From positions 2,066-66,065 of the forward strand of contig CAMDLT010000020.1 of assembly GCA_945901855.1 (NCBI GenBank): a DNA stretch of 64,000 nucleotides, in the 5' to 3' direction. Positions 1 to 11,184 of the stretch are shown piece after piece (the first letter of the stretch is position 1; every line of letters starts with the position of its first letter). The notes under the pieces are model-generated. The model was not told the origin of the DNA. It saw only the letters and a program-made list of their open reading frames with translations, and ran no database searches. Position numbers and translations under genes: made by a program. The stretch is from Asaia bogorensis. Lineage in GTDB: Bacteria > Pseudomonadota > Alphaproteobacteria > CACIAM-22H2.

Positions 1-410
1 TTTCGGGAACCGTTTTCGACGGCGATGGCGTTGCGGTTGGCGACGCGCTGCTCGAATTCTGGCAGGCGGATTCGGCCGGGCGCATGCAGGCGTCGAGCGC
101 GCCGCTCCAGGGATTTGCGCGCGTCGCGACGTCCGCAGATGGTGTGTATAAATTGCGCACAGTGCTGCCCGGCGCGCTCGCAGATCAGGCGCCGCATCTG
201 AGCTTGAGCGTGCTGGGGCGCGGGCTGCTCAATCGGCTCCACACGCGGGTCTATTTCGCGGGACAAGTCGCCAACGAACGGGACGCGGTGCTCGCGTTGG
301 TGCCGGTCGAACGGCGCGGCACGCTGCTCGCCGCACTCGAAGCGCCGGGAAAATATCGCTTCGATATCCGTCTGCAAGGCGCTGCCGAAACCGTGTTCTT
401 CCAAGTCTAG
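1..410 (+). CDS. pcaG: Protocatechuate 3,4-dioxygenase alpha subunit, 3' partial (N-terminus lies upstream of the window)
   Basis: The frame is open from the window edge and translates to ...VFDGDGVAVGDALLEFWQADSAGRMQ...RFDIRLQGAAETVFFQV, a PcaG-type C-terminus. Stop at 408-410. Confidence 0.75.
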   Translation, partial: SGTVFDGDGVAVGDALLEFWQADSAGRMQASSAPLQGFARVATSADGVYKLRTVLPGALADQAPHLSLSVLGRGLLNRLHTRVYFAGQVANERDAVLALVPVERRGTLLAALEAPGKYRFDIRLQGAAETVFFQV

Positions 411-411
411 A

Positions 412-1674
412 CTAGAAGCGCGGCCGTTTGGAGCTCCAGTCGGGTCGGTATTTGCGCATCTCCTTCGCATCGTCCCGGATGCGAATGCCGCAATCCAGAT
501 ATTGCCGGTGCAGCGTTGCCAGCGCCGCGCGGTCGAGCGTGACGCCGAGTCCAGGCCCCGGCGGCGGCGCGAGGCTGCCGCCCTCGAATTCCAGCTTGCC
601 GCCCGCGATCACCTCTTCGACCTGCCAAGGATAGTGCGTATCGCAGGCGTAGGCGAGATTGGGGATCGTCACGCCGACATGCGTCATAGCGGCAAGGCTG
701 ATGCCCATATGCGAATTCGAATGCATCGAAATGCCGAGCCCGAACACGCGCCCGATCTGGGCCAAATGCTGGGTCGCCCGCAACCCGCCCCAATAATGGT
801 GGTCGCTGAGGACAACTTGCACGGCGTCGAGCCGCACCGTCTTGGGGATATGGCCGAACGCGATCGTCACCATGTTGGTGGCCAGCGGCATCGTTGCGAA
901 TTTTGCAACTTCGCCCATCTCGTCGAGGCTGCCGACCGGATCTTCCAGATATTCGAGCAGCCCGTCGAGTGCGGGCATCAATCGACGCGTTGTTTCGACC
1001 GACCAGCCGCCGTTGGGATCGATCCGCAGCGGATGGTCGGGGAACGCGGCGCGCAGATGGCGCAGCGTTTCGATTTCAAAATCGGGCTCGAACACGCCGG
1101 CCTTCAGCTTGATCGATCCGAAGCCGCATTCCCGCACCATGCGCTGGGTCTGCGCGACGATCTGCTTGTGGTCGATTGCCTCGCCCCAATCGTCGGCGGG
1201 ATAGCCGGGATCGTCTTTGTGGCGCTCGAACTTGTAGAACAGATAGGCGCTGTAGGGCACGCGCTCGCGCACTTTGCCGCCCAGGATCTGCCAGAGGGGC
1301 AGGCCCGCGATCTGGCCCTGCAAATCCAAAAACGCGACTTCGAAGGCGCCGACGGCACTCGCCAGCGCCTTGTCTCCCGCAGAAGGGTAAGTCTGGCCTT
1401 CGAAGGAAGCGCCGGTCAGCGCCTCGTAGCCGCGCGCGGCAAGCCCATTCAGATCGAACGGACTGAGCCCGATCAATCGCGGCCCGATCTTGGCGAGATT
1501 CGCCAAAGTTTCGAGATCGCCGTAGCTCTCGCCAAGACCGATACGGCCGTCGTCCGTTTCGATCTCAAGGATGCTGCGCAGCGCCCAAGGCTCGTGCACG
1601 CCGACGACGTTTAAAAGCGGCGGATCGCGGAACGCGATCGGCGTGATGCGGAATGCTGCGATGCGCGGGCTCAT
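412..1674 (-). CDS. gudD: Glucarate dehydratase (enolase superfamily)
   Basis: 420 aa. Central KLKAGVFEPDFEIETLRH...RIDPNGGWS and C-terminal RDDAKEMRKYRPDWSSKRP align with E. coli GudD (KLKGGV..., RDDAMGMQYLIPGWTFDNKRP). Start is ATG at 1672-1674, overlapping the udh stop. Confidence 0.8.
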   Translation of the reverse strand: MSPRIAAFRITPIAFRDPPLLNVVGVHEPWALRSILEIETDDGRIGLGESYGDLETLANLAKIGPRLIGLSPFDLNGLAARGYEALTGASFEGQTYPSAGDKALASAVGAFEVAFLDLQGQIAGLPLWQILGGKVRERVPYSAYLFYKFERHKDDPGYPADDWGEAIDHKQIVAQTQRMVRECGFGSIKLKAGVFEPDFEIETLRHLRAAFPDHPLRIDPNGGWSVETTRRLMPALDGLLEYLEDPVGSLDEMGEVAKFATMPLATNMVTIAFGHIPKTVRLDAVQVVLSDHHYWGGLRATQHLAQIGRVFGLGISMHSNSHMGISLAAMTHVGVTIPNLAYACDTHYPWQVEEVIAGGKLEFEGGSLAPPPGPGLGVTLDRAALATLHRQYLDCGIRIRDDAKEMRKYRPDWSSKRPRF

Positions 1675-2483
1675 CGGGCGCGCGCCGGACGCAAGGGGGT
1701 GGCATATTCGGCCGAGCAGAAGGGGCCGCCCTGGTAAAGCAGCGAAACCTCGTCTTGATTCGCCTTCTTCTCGCCTTCTTCGGCGGCTGCGACGTGGTCG
1801 TCAGACGTGTCTTGGGGCTTGTAGCCTAGGCGAAACGCGTTCGAATTGTCGTACCAGGCGCGTGCGTTGTTTGAAATTCCGTAGACGATTTCGCAGCGAA
1901 TCTCGGGATGTTCGAGGCCGATCGCGATCAGCTGGGCCAAATCGCGGCCGCTGATCCACAGCGACAAGGCACGCCTCGTTTCGGGAACAAACGCGGCATT
2001 GCCGATACGGACATTCAGCGTCTCGACGCCGAATTTGTCGGCGTAGAGCGCCGAAAGCGCCTCGCCCCAGCATTTGCTGAGTCCGTAGCGCGAGTCGGGG
2101 CGGATGTCGGCGCGATGGTCGATCTTTTCGCTGCGCGCATGGAACCCGACCGCGTGGTTCGAGCTGCCAAAGACGATCCGCTTGGTGCCCTGGCGACGCG
2201 CGGCTTCGTAAACATTGTAGGTGCCGACGATGTTTGCCTGAAGAATTTTGTCGAAATCGTATTCGACCGACAGCGCGCCCAAGTGGATGACCCTATCCAT
2301 ACCCGTCATCGCTTTTTCGACCGCAGCCATATCGGAAAGATCGCACGGCATGCTCTCTTCGCCGGGCGCAAGATCGCCGATCGGATTGAGGTCGCTCAAG
2401 CGGAGGGTTTCGAACCGTCCTGCAAACTCGCGGCGCAATCGTCCGCCGATATGGCCCGCTGCGCCGGTCATCAATACCTTCAT
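1671..2483 (-). CDS. udh: Uronate dehydrogenase (NAD-dependent epimerase/dehydratase fold)
   Basis: 270 aa. MKVLMTGAAGHIGGRLRREF...ILQANIVGTYNVYEAARRQG...YGLSKCWGE matches Agrobacterium/Pseudomonas Udh (MKRLLVTGAAGQLG...ILQGNIIGLYNLYEAAR...YGVSKCFGE). A GGGAGGAA ribosome-binding site precedes the start. Confidence 0.75.
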   Translation of the reverse strand: MKVLMTGAAGHIGGRLRREFAGRFETLRLSDLNPIGDLAPGEESMPCDLSDMAAVEKAMTGMDRVIHLGALSVEYDFDKILQANIVGTYNVYEAARRQGTKRIVFGSSNHAVGFHARSEKIDHRADIRPDSRYGLSKCWGEALSALYADKFGVETLNVRIGNAAFVPETRRALSLWISGRDLAQLIAIGLEHPEIRCEIVYGISNNARAWYDNSNAFRLGYKPQDTSDDHVAAAEEGEKKANQDEVSLLYQGGPFCSAEYATPLRPARAR

Positions 2484-2537
2484 GCCGTTCCTCCCCGTGT
2501 TTGCGCGAAACTTTAGCCGGGATCCGAGCGGGGCGGA

Positions 2538-2557
2538 AGCGCTAATATATTAGCGCT
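2538..2557. promoter_or_regulatory. Perfect 20-bp palindrome AGCGCTAATATATTAGCGCT in the divergent udh/GntR intergenic region; candidate GntR-family operator
   Basis: Read directly from the sequence. Located between the udh start (2483) and the GntR start (2583). Confidence 0.5.
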
Positions 2558-2582
2558 CGACGATACGGCCCGATCTGCTAGA

Positions 2583-3305
2583 GTGCGCGTCATGGCCGAA
2601 GCCCTCGTCCGCCCGCGCAGCGCCAGATTGCGTTCGCTCCGAAAAGCCGCAGTACCGCGCGCGTTCGAGCAATTGCGCGAAGCGATCGTATCGCTGACTT
2701 TGGCGCCGGGCACGGTACTGTCGCGGACAAAGCTCGCGCGCCAGCTCGGCGTGAGCCAGACGCCCGTCCGCGACGCGCTGATGCGGCTTGCTGCCGAAGG
2801 GCTTGTGGAGGTGTATCCCCAGCATGCCACGGTCGTCAGTCTCATCGACCTGACGGCGGCGCGTGCGGCCCATTTTCTGCGCCGCGCGATCGAGCTCGAA
2901 ATCGTTCGCGAACTTGCGATGTCGCCCGATTCCAAGGTCGTTGCCGAACTGCGCGCGTCGCTTGATCGCCAGCGGCGCATCGCAAAGGCCGGCGAGCTCG
3001 GCGCTTTCGCGCACGAAGACCAGGCATTCCATCGCCGCATGTACGAAGCGCGCCAAGTTTTAGACTTGTGGCATTTGGCACGCCGCCAAAGCGGCCAGAT
3101 CGACCGACTGCGGCGCTTGCATTTGCCGGCCCTTGGCAAGGTGCAGATCATTCTCGACGACCACCAGGCGATCGTCGACGCGATCGCCGAACGCCAGCCC
3201 GAAGTAGCGCAGGCATTCTTGCGAAAGCATCTTTCGGGCACGCTTGCCAAGATCGAAAGCCTGAGCGCGCGCTTTCCCGAGTACATCCGCAAAACGCCCG
3301 ATTGA
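2583..3305 (+). CDS. GntR-family transcriptional regulator (FadR/FCD subfamily)
   Basis: 240 aa. N-terminal winged-HTH region (LSRTKLARQLGVSQTPVRDALMRLAAEGLV) followed by an alpha-helical C-terminal domain. Confidence 0.8.
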   Translation: MRVMAEALVRPRSARLRSLRKAAVPRAFEQLREAIVSLTLAPGTVLSRTKLARQLGVSQTPVRDALMRLAAEGLVEVYPQHATVVSLIDLTAARAAHFLRRAIELEIVRELAMSPDSKVVAELRASLDRQRRIAKAGELGAFAHEDQAFHRRMYEARQVLDLWHLARRQSGQIDRLRRLHLPALGKVQIILDDHQAIVDAIAERQPEVAQAFLRKHLSGTLAKIESLSARFPEYIRKTPD

Positions 3306-3379
3306 CACACTGATATATTACAGCCTAAATACAGTTCATTCGAAGCGTCGGAAAGGCGCTCGAGCAACGGGAGGAAACC

Positions 3380-5335
3380 ATGGCCGATATCGAAGACACC
3401 TCTTTCGAAAGCGCCGTTTCACGCCGCCATTTGCTGCAAGGTGCGGCAAGCGTCGCGGTACTGGCGGCCGCGCCGACGCTCGTCGCGGCACAGGCTGCGC
3501 CCAAGGAAGCGCCTGAACTCGCGCGCATGGTTGCCGAGGGACGCCTGCCGCCGCTCGCCCAGCGCCTGCCGCAAAGTCCGCTCGTGATCACGCCGCACGA
3601 AACCGTCGGCCGCTACGGCGGCACGCTTCGCCGCGGTCTGCGCGGTTCGGCAGACCATAATGGCATTCTGCGCATGGTCGGCAACCAGGGCCTGGTGCGC
3701 TGGAACTTGGAATTCACGCAAGTGATGCCGAACGTTGCCGAACGCTGGGAAGTCAATGCGGCCGCGACCGAATTCGTCTTCCATCTGCGCGCGGGCATGA
3801 AATGGTCGGACGGCAAGCCTTTCACCGCCGACGACATCGTTTTCGCCATCGAAGACTGCACCAAAAACTCCGAGCTTTATCGCTCGGTGCCCTCGGTGCT
3901 GACGATTGGCGGCAAGCCCGTCGTGGCTTCGAAGGTCAGCGACACGGCCGTCAAATTCACGTTTGAAGCGCCCTATGCGATGTTCCTTGAGAACCTCGCG
4001 ACGCCGCTTGGCCAGCATCCCACGCTGTTCGCTAAGCATTATTGCAGCCAGTTCCATCCTAAGTACAACACCGGGCTCGACGCGCAAGTGCGCGCCGCCA
4101 ACATGTCGGACTGGCCGACGCTGTTCCGCGCGCGCTGCGGGGACATCGAAATTCCTTCGCGCTGGAGCAACGCCGAAAAGCCCACGCTCGACCCGTGGAC
4201 GATCGCAGAGGCCTACACGGGCGGCGCCACCCGCGTGACGATGCGCCGCAATCCTTATTTCTGGCAGGTCGATACTTCGGGCGCGCAGTTGCCCTATGTT
4301 GACCAGCTGACGATGAACATCTCCCAGGACGTCGAGTCGCTGATGCTCGATACGATTTCGGGCCGTATCGACATCCAGGACCGCCACATCGACTCGCTGC
4401 AGAACAAGCCGACGCTGTCGCAGAACATGCAGCGCGGCGCTTACCGGCTCGTCGAACTGGTCGCCTCCGGCGCGCAGCAATGCATGATCTATCTGAACAT
4501 GACGCACAAAGATCCCGCGATGCGCGCCATGTTCGCCAACAAGGAATTCCGGCAGGCGCTGTCGCTCGGCATCGACCGCAAGGAAATCATCGAGCTGGTC
4601 TATCTGGGCCAGTCGGAGCCCTATCAGACTGGGCCGCGTCCGGGCCATCCCTGGTACCATGAAAAGCTCGCGCGCCAGTTCACGGCCCACGATCCGGCCC
4701 AGGCCAACGCAATCCTCGACCGGCTCGGCTATCGGCGCGGACCCGACGGCATGCGCGTGCGTCCCGACGGACAAAAAGTATTTTTCGGCATCGACGTGAT
4801 CCCGACGCTCTATCCCGACGCGGTCGATACGCTCGAACTCGTCAAGCGTCACTGGAACGTTCTTGGCGTCGATATCAAGGTCAACACGATCGAACGGGCG
4901 CTCTACTACACGCGCGGCGACAACAACGACCACGACGCCGCAACGTGGCCCGGTCCGGGCGGTCTCGATCCGATCCTCGACGCGCGCGACTATTTGGCCC
5001 AGCATCCGCAAGGCTCGCGCTACGCCATTCCGTGGACCCAGTGGTACGTTTCGGGCGGCAAAGAGGGCATCGAACCTCCCGAAAGCCAGAAGCGTCGCAT
5101 GAAGCTGTTTGACGATGCGCGCGCAACACCCGACATCGCCAAGCGCGGCGCCGTCGTCAAGGAACTGCTGGACCTTACTGCCGATGCGTTCGAGACGATC
5201 GGCGTGTGCCTGGCTGTGAATTCGTTCGGCATCGCCAAAAACAACTTGCGCAACGTGCCGCTGAAGATGCCGCAATCCTGGAGCTGGCCCAATCCCGGCC
5301 CGGCCTTGCCGCAGCAGTTCTTCTTCTCGAGCTAG
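3380..5335 (+). CDS. ABC transporter substrate-binding protein, family 5 (YejA/peptide-type), Tat signal
   Basis: 651 aa. N-terminal SRRHLLQGAASVAVLAAAPTLVAA twin-arginine signal. The size and order SBP-permease-permease-fused ATPase match the YejABEF layout. Confidence 0.8.
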   Translation: MADIEDTSFESAVSRRHLLQGAASVAVLAAAPTLVAAQAAPKEAPELARMVAEGRLPPLAQRLPQSPLVITPHETVGRYGGTLRRGLRGSADHNGILRMVGNQGLVRWNLEFTQVMPNVAERWEVNAAATEFVFHLRAGMKWSDGKPFTADDIVFAIEDCTKNSELYRSVPSVLTIGGKPVVASKVSDTAVKFTFEAPYAMFLENLATPLGQHPTLFAKHYCSQFHPKYNTGLDAQVRAANMSDWPTLFRARCGDIEIPSRWSNAEKPTLDPWTIAEAYTGGATRVTMRRNPYFWQVDTSGAQLPYVDQLTMNISQDVESLMLDTISGRIDIQDRHIDSLQNKPTLSQNMQRGAYRLVELVASGAQQCMIYLNMTHKDPAMRAMFANKEFRQALSLGIDRKEIIELVYLGQSEPYQTGPRPGHPWYHEKLARQFTAHDPAQANAILDRLGYRRGPDGMRVRPDGQKVFFGIDVIPTLYPDAVDTLELVKRHWNVLGVDIKVNTIERALYYTRGDNNDHDAATWPGPGGLDPILDARDYLAQHPQGSRYAIPWTQWYVSGGKEGIEPPESQKRRMKLFDDARATPDIAKRGAVVKELLDLTADAFETIGVCLAVNSFGIAKNNLRNVPLKMPQSWSWPNPGPALPQQFFFSS

Positions 5336-5409
5336 CGCCGACGATCGCGGCCGACTCTCGTGTGCGAGGGTCGGCCGCCTTTCCCCAGGAAAAGGAAACA
5401 GACGCGCCC

Positions 5410-6396
5410 ATGCTGCGTTTCATCGTGTCGCGCCTTTTGTGGATGATCCCGTCGCTTGTGGCGTTGAGCTTTCTATCGTTCGTTCTCATCCAACTGCCGC
5501 CGGGCGATTACGTGACGACCTATATCGCCACGCTCGCCGCGTCGAACGAAGTCGTCGACCAGAACACGGCAGCCGATTTGCGCTCGCGCTTCGGGCTCGA
5601 CCAGCCGATCTATGTCCAGTACTGGAAATGGATCTACGGAATTGTCACGGAAGGAAATTTCGGCCTGAGCTTCGAGTGGCAGCAGCCGGTGTCGGAGCTT
5701 ATTTGGGAGCGCATGACGCTCACGCTGTTGCTGACCGTCTCGACGCTGATTTTGACCTGGGGAATTGCACTGCCGATCGGCGTGTTTTCAGCCGTCAAAA
5801 AATATTCGATCGGCGACTACGTCGCCACTTTTTTCAGTTTTCTGGGCCTTGCCGTTCCGAGCTTCCTGCTCGCGCTCGTGCTGATGTACGTAGCGGCCGT
5901 CCAATTCGGCCAGGAAGTCGGCGGGCTGTTCTCGGAGCCGTACAAGACCGCCCCTTGGAGCTTCGGCAAAGTTGTCGATTTGGCGGCGCATTTGTGGGTG
6001 CCGGTCGTGATCCTGGCGGTGTCGGGCACCGCGAGCCTCATCCGCGTGATGCGGGCAAATATGCTCGACGAACTCAACAAGCCCTATGTGACGACCGCGC
6101 GGGCCAAAGGGCTTTCGGAGTTTGCTTTGTTGGTCAAATACCCGCTGCGCGTCGCGCTCAACCCTTTCATCTCGACGATCGCATGGCTACTGCCCAACCT
6201 CGTGTCGGGGTCGATCATCGTGGCGATCGTCCTCAGCCTGCCAACGGCGGGGCCGATGCTGCTGCAATCGCTGATGAGCCAGGACATGTATCTGGCGGGC
6301 GCGTTCGTGCTGCTGATTTGCGCGTTGACGCTGATGGGTTCGCTTGTCAGCGACATTTTGTTGGCCCTCGTCGATCCGCGCATTCGGTTGGAGTAG
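5410..6396 (+). CDS. ABC transporter permease (DppB/YejB-like)
   Basis: Internal ATG giving MLRFIVSRLLWMIPSLVAL..., about 328 aa, multiple TM helices and an EAA-like loop (TTARAKGLSE). The upstream part of tool ORF 5206.. overlaps the SBP. Confidence 0.8.
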   Translation: MLRFIVSRLLWMIPSLVALSFLSFVLIQLPPGDYVTTYIATLAASNEVVDQNTAADLRSRFGLDQPIYVQYWKWIYGIVTEGNFGLSFEWQQPVSELIWERMTLTLLLTVSTLILTWGIALPIGVFSAVKKYSIGDYVATFFSFLGLAVPSFLLALVLMYVAAVQFGQEVGGLFSEPYKTAPWSFGKVVDLAAHLWVPVVILAVSGTASLIRVMRANMLDELNKPYVTTARAKGLSEFALLVKYPLRVALNPFISTIAWLLPNLVSGSIIVAIVLSLPTAGPMLLQSLMSQDMYLAGAFVLLICALTLMGSLVSDILLALVDPRIRLE

Positions 6397-6399
6397 CCA

Positions 6400-7523
6400 A
6401 TGGCAGCGCTTGCAGAAGGTTCGGTCGATACCAAGCAGCTTGCGGTCGCCTCGCAATGGCAGCTTTTGTGGTGGGCGTTCCGTCGTCACCATCTGGCGAT
6501 GATTGGGCTGGTGGTGGTTGCCTTCCTGTATCTGATTGCCGCTATCCCGGGGTTTTTTACGACGAACGATCCGGCGCTCCAAAACGCGCGCGCCGCTTTC
6601 CATCCGCCGCAGTCGATTCACTTCTTCGATACAAGTGCGGACGGCAGTTTCGCGATTCGACCCTATATCCATCCCTACACGCTGCGCCGCGACCCAACGA
6701 CCTTGGCGGCGAACTATATCGAAGACCGCGAACGCAAAATCTATCTGGAGTTTTTCGGCAGAGGCTACGAATACAAATTGTTTGGTCTGTTCACGGCCGA
6801 CCGGCATCTGTTTGCGTCGAGCGATCCTCGCCAGCCTTTGTTTCTGCTCGGCGCAGACCGGCTTGGACGGTGCGTGTTCAGTCGTATCATGCAGGGCGCG
6901 CAGATATCGCTGTCGCTGGGTCTTGTCGGCGTATTTCTGTCGCTCGTGATCGGCGTGGTGCTGGGCGGAATTTCGGGCTATTTCGGCGGCAGATCGGATT
7001 TCGTGATCCAGCGGGTCATCGAATTCATTCTTTCGCTGCCCACGATTCCGATCTGGCTTGCCCTTGCCGCAGCGCTGCCGCAGGACTGGCCCGCGACGAC
7101 GCAGTATTTCATGATCACGCTGATCCTGTCGTTGACGAGCTGGGCGCAACTCGCGCGCGTCGTGCGCGGACGCTTCTTGAGCCTGCGCACCGAAGAGTTC
7201 GTGGTCGCGGCACGCCTGGACGGCGCTTCGGAAGGTCGCGTGATCTTCCGGCACATGCTGCCAAGTTTCATGAGCCACATCATCGCGAGCATTACGCTCG
7301 CGGTTCCTGCCATGATCCTGGCCGAAACTTCGCTCTCGTTTTTGGGTCTGGGGCTGCAGCCGCCGACAATTTCGTGGGGCGTGCTACTGCGCGAGGCGCA
7401 GAATATCCGTTCGATCGCGACGGCGCCGTGGCTGTTTGCGCCGGGCTTTGCCGTCGTCGTCGCGGTAATGGCGCTCAATTTTCTGGGCGACGGCTTGCGC
7501 GATGCGGCGGATCCTTACAACAA

Positions 7524-7527
<4 letters not shown>
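6400..7527 (+). CDS. ABC transporter permease (DppC/YejE-like)
   Basis: 375 aa, TM-rich, with a conserved permease motif region (VAARLDGASEGRVIFRHMLP). Confidence 0.8.
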
Positions 7528-9218
<1,691 letters not shown>

Positions 9219-9234
9219 ACCGGGAGAACGAGAC

Positions 9235-10458
9235 GTGCGCATTGTCGATATCGAGACGTTTTTGATGCAAGTCGACGCGCCCAATCTGCGCGGCTGGGCA
9301 TCCGACGGGTCTTTCGGCACGGGCAAAATGAAGGCGGGCCTGGTCGGCACGCGCAATTGGCTGTTCGTCAAAATCCACACCGACGAAGGCATCACGGGCA
9401 TCGGCGAATGCAGCGGCTGGCCGCGCGTAATCCAGACGGCCGTGCAGGACCTGAAATCGATTTTGGTGGGCGAAGACCCGACGCATATCGAACGGCTGTG
9501 GCAGAAGATGATGAGCGCCATCATGGGTCACGGCATGACCGGTACCGTCGGCGCGGGGGCCATGACCGGCATCGACATGGCGCTGTGGGACATCAAGGGC
9601 AAGGCGCTGAACACGCCTGTATGGAATCTTCTTGGCGGAAAAATTCGCGACAAGATCCGCATCTATGCGCACGCCAACGCGCCTGAGGTCGCACTCGATC
9701 TCAAACGGCGCGGCATCAGCGCGATCAAATGCGGCGGCGTATCGGATCCCGTGCGCAAAGTTGCTGCGCTGCGCGAAGCCATCGGGGACGAGATGGATTT
9801 GATGATCGATCTGCATGGGCCGCCGTGGTTGACGCCTGCCGACGCAGCGCAAGTGGCGCGGGCGCTGGAACCCTACCGTCTGATGTTCGTTGAAGATCCG
9901 ATCGCGCCCGAAAATCTCGACGGCTTCCGGCGCATACGCGATGCCGCCAACGTGACTCTGGCAGCGGGAGAGCGTATGGCAACCGTCTACGGGCTGCGCG
10001 ATCTGATCGAAAAAGATCTGGTCGATATCGTGCAGCCCGATACGGGCCGGGCGGGCGGCATCACGCAGATGAAAAAGATCGCCGCAATGGCCGAAGCGCA
10101 TCACATCATGATGGCCCCGCATTCGGGATCGCTCGGGCCCGTCGCGGAATATGCGGCCCTCCATGTGATGGCGGCCATTCCCAACGCGTTGATTTTGGAA
10201 CGTATCGAAGACGATTGGGCGGGGCGTGCGCAAACCGTGGTTCCCCATCCGGTGCAGGAAAACGGCTTCCTCAAAGTGCCGGACGCGCCCGGTCTGGGCG
10301 TGGACATCAACGAGGAATTCGTCAAGCGCTTCCCCAGCGAATGCAACGTGTCGATTCCGGGCGCAATGAAAAGCGGCGCCTATGCCGAGGGCACTTATGA
10401 CGAGAGCGTCTATGTCCAGACGCGTCTCAAACGCGGCGTCTATTTTCCGAAAGGCTAG
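9235..10458 (+). CDS. Enolase-superfamily dehydratase/cycloisomerase (mandelate racemase/MLE family; D-mannonate/galactonate-dehydratase-like)
   Basis: 407 aa. N-terminal capping domain plus barrel motifs (IDMALWDIKGKALNTPVWNLLGG, DLHG, FVEDP). Confidence 0.75.
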   Translation: MRIVDIETFLMQVDAPNLRGWASDGSFGTGKMKAGLVGTRNWLFVKIHTDEGITGIGECSGWPRVIQTAVQDLKSILVGEDPTHIERLWQKMMSAIMGHGMTGTVGAGAMTGIDMALWDIKGKALNTPVWNLLGGKIRDKIRIYAHANAPEVALDLKRRGISAIKCGGVSDPVRKVAALREAIGDEMDLMIDLHGPPWLTPADAAQVARALEPYRLMFVEDPIAPENLDGFRRIRDAANVTLAAGERMATVYGLRDLIEKDLVDIVQPDTGRAGGITQMKKIAAMAEAHHIMMAPHSGSLGPVAEYAALHVMAAIPNALILERIEDDWAGRAQTVVPHPVQENGFLKVPDAPGLGVDINEEFVKRFPSECNVSIPGAMKSGAYAEGTYDESVYVQTRLKRGVYFPKG

Positions 10459-10461
10459 GCC

Positions 10462-11184
10462 ATGGCATCCACATATTCGGACGCGGTGCGCGAACAGCTG
10501 TTGGGCGTAAGCACCGCGACCTTGTGCACGGCCTTGTTCAAGCGCGGTCTGCGCAACCAGTTTGTCCAGGATGTGCGCCCGCTCGCATCCGATTTGCCCA
10601 ATATGGTCGGGCCTGCCTACACGCTGCGCTACATCCCCGCGCGCGAAGACTTGAACACCATCGCCGTGTTCCAGGATCGCGCGCACCCGCAGCGCAAGGC
10701 GGTCGAAGAATGTCCGCCCGGTTCCGTGCTGGTTATCGACAGTCGCAAGGATGCGCGCGCAGCGTCGGCGGGCGGAATTCTGGTCTCGCGCTTGATGAAG
10801 CGCGGCGTTGCCGGCGTCGTGACCGATGGCGGCTTTCGCGATTCGCCCGAGATCGCGGCGCTGCCTTTTCCTGCCTACCACCATCGTCCGTCCGCGCCGA
10901 CGAACCTGACGCTGCACCAGGCCGTCGATATCGGCCTGCCGATCGCCTGCGGCGATGCGGCCGTGTGGCCAGGCGACATAATTGTCGGCGATCGCGAGGG
11001 CGTGATCGTGATCCCCGCGCACCTCGCAGCGGAGATCGCCGCCGAGGCTGTCGAGATGACGGCGTTCGAGGATTTTGTGTTCGAAAAGATTCTCGAAGGC
11101 CGCTCGATTATCGGTCTCTATCCGCCGACCGACGACATTTCGAAAACCGATTTTGCGGCCTGGCGCATCGCCAAGAACCGCTAG
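10462..11184 (+). CDS. RraA-family protein (RraA / 4-hydroxy-4-methyl-2-oxoglutarate aldolase-like)
   Basis: 240 aa. RraA-like fold signature (GGILVSRLMKRGVAGVVTDGGFRD). Confidence 0.6.
   Translation: MASTYSDAVREQLLGVSTATLCTALFKRGLRNQFVQDVRPLASDLPNMVGPAYTLRYIPAREDLNTIAVFQDRAHPQRKAVEECPPGSVLVIDSRKDARAASAGGILVSRLMKRGVAGVVTDGGFRDSPEIAALPFPAYHHRPSAPTNLTLHQAVDIGLPIACGDAAVWPGDIIVGDREGVIVIPAHLAAEIAAEAVEMTAFEDFVFEKILEGRSIIGLYPPTDDISKTDFAAWRIAKNR

Noticed and set aside
3419-5275. 618-aa antisense ORF opposite the substrate-binding protein gene, with similar long antisense ORFs at 7989..9524, 9019..11022, 35410..37293, 39185..40210, 40273..41253, 47237..49207, 49694..51499, 58118..59935 and 60593..61696
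   Set aside because: - Each lies entirely opposite a gene with clear homology.
- Their compositions are typical of GC-rich antisense frames (R/A/G/P bias, no domains).
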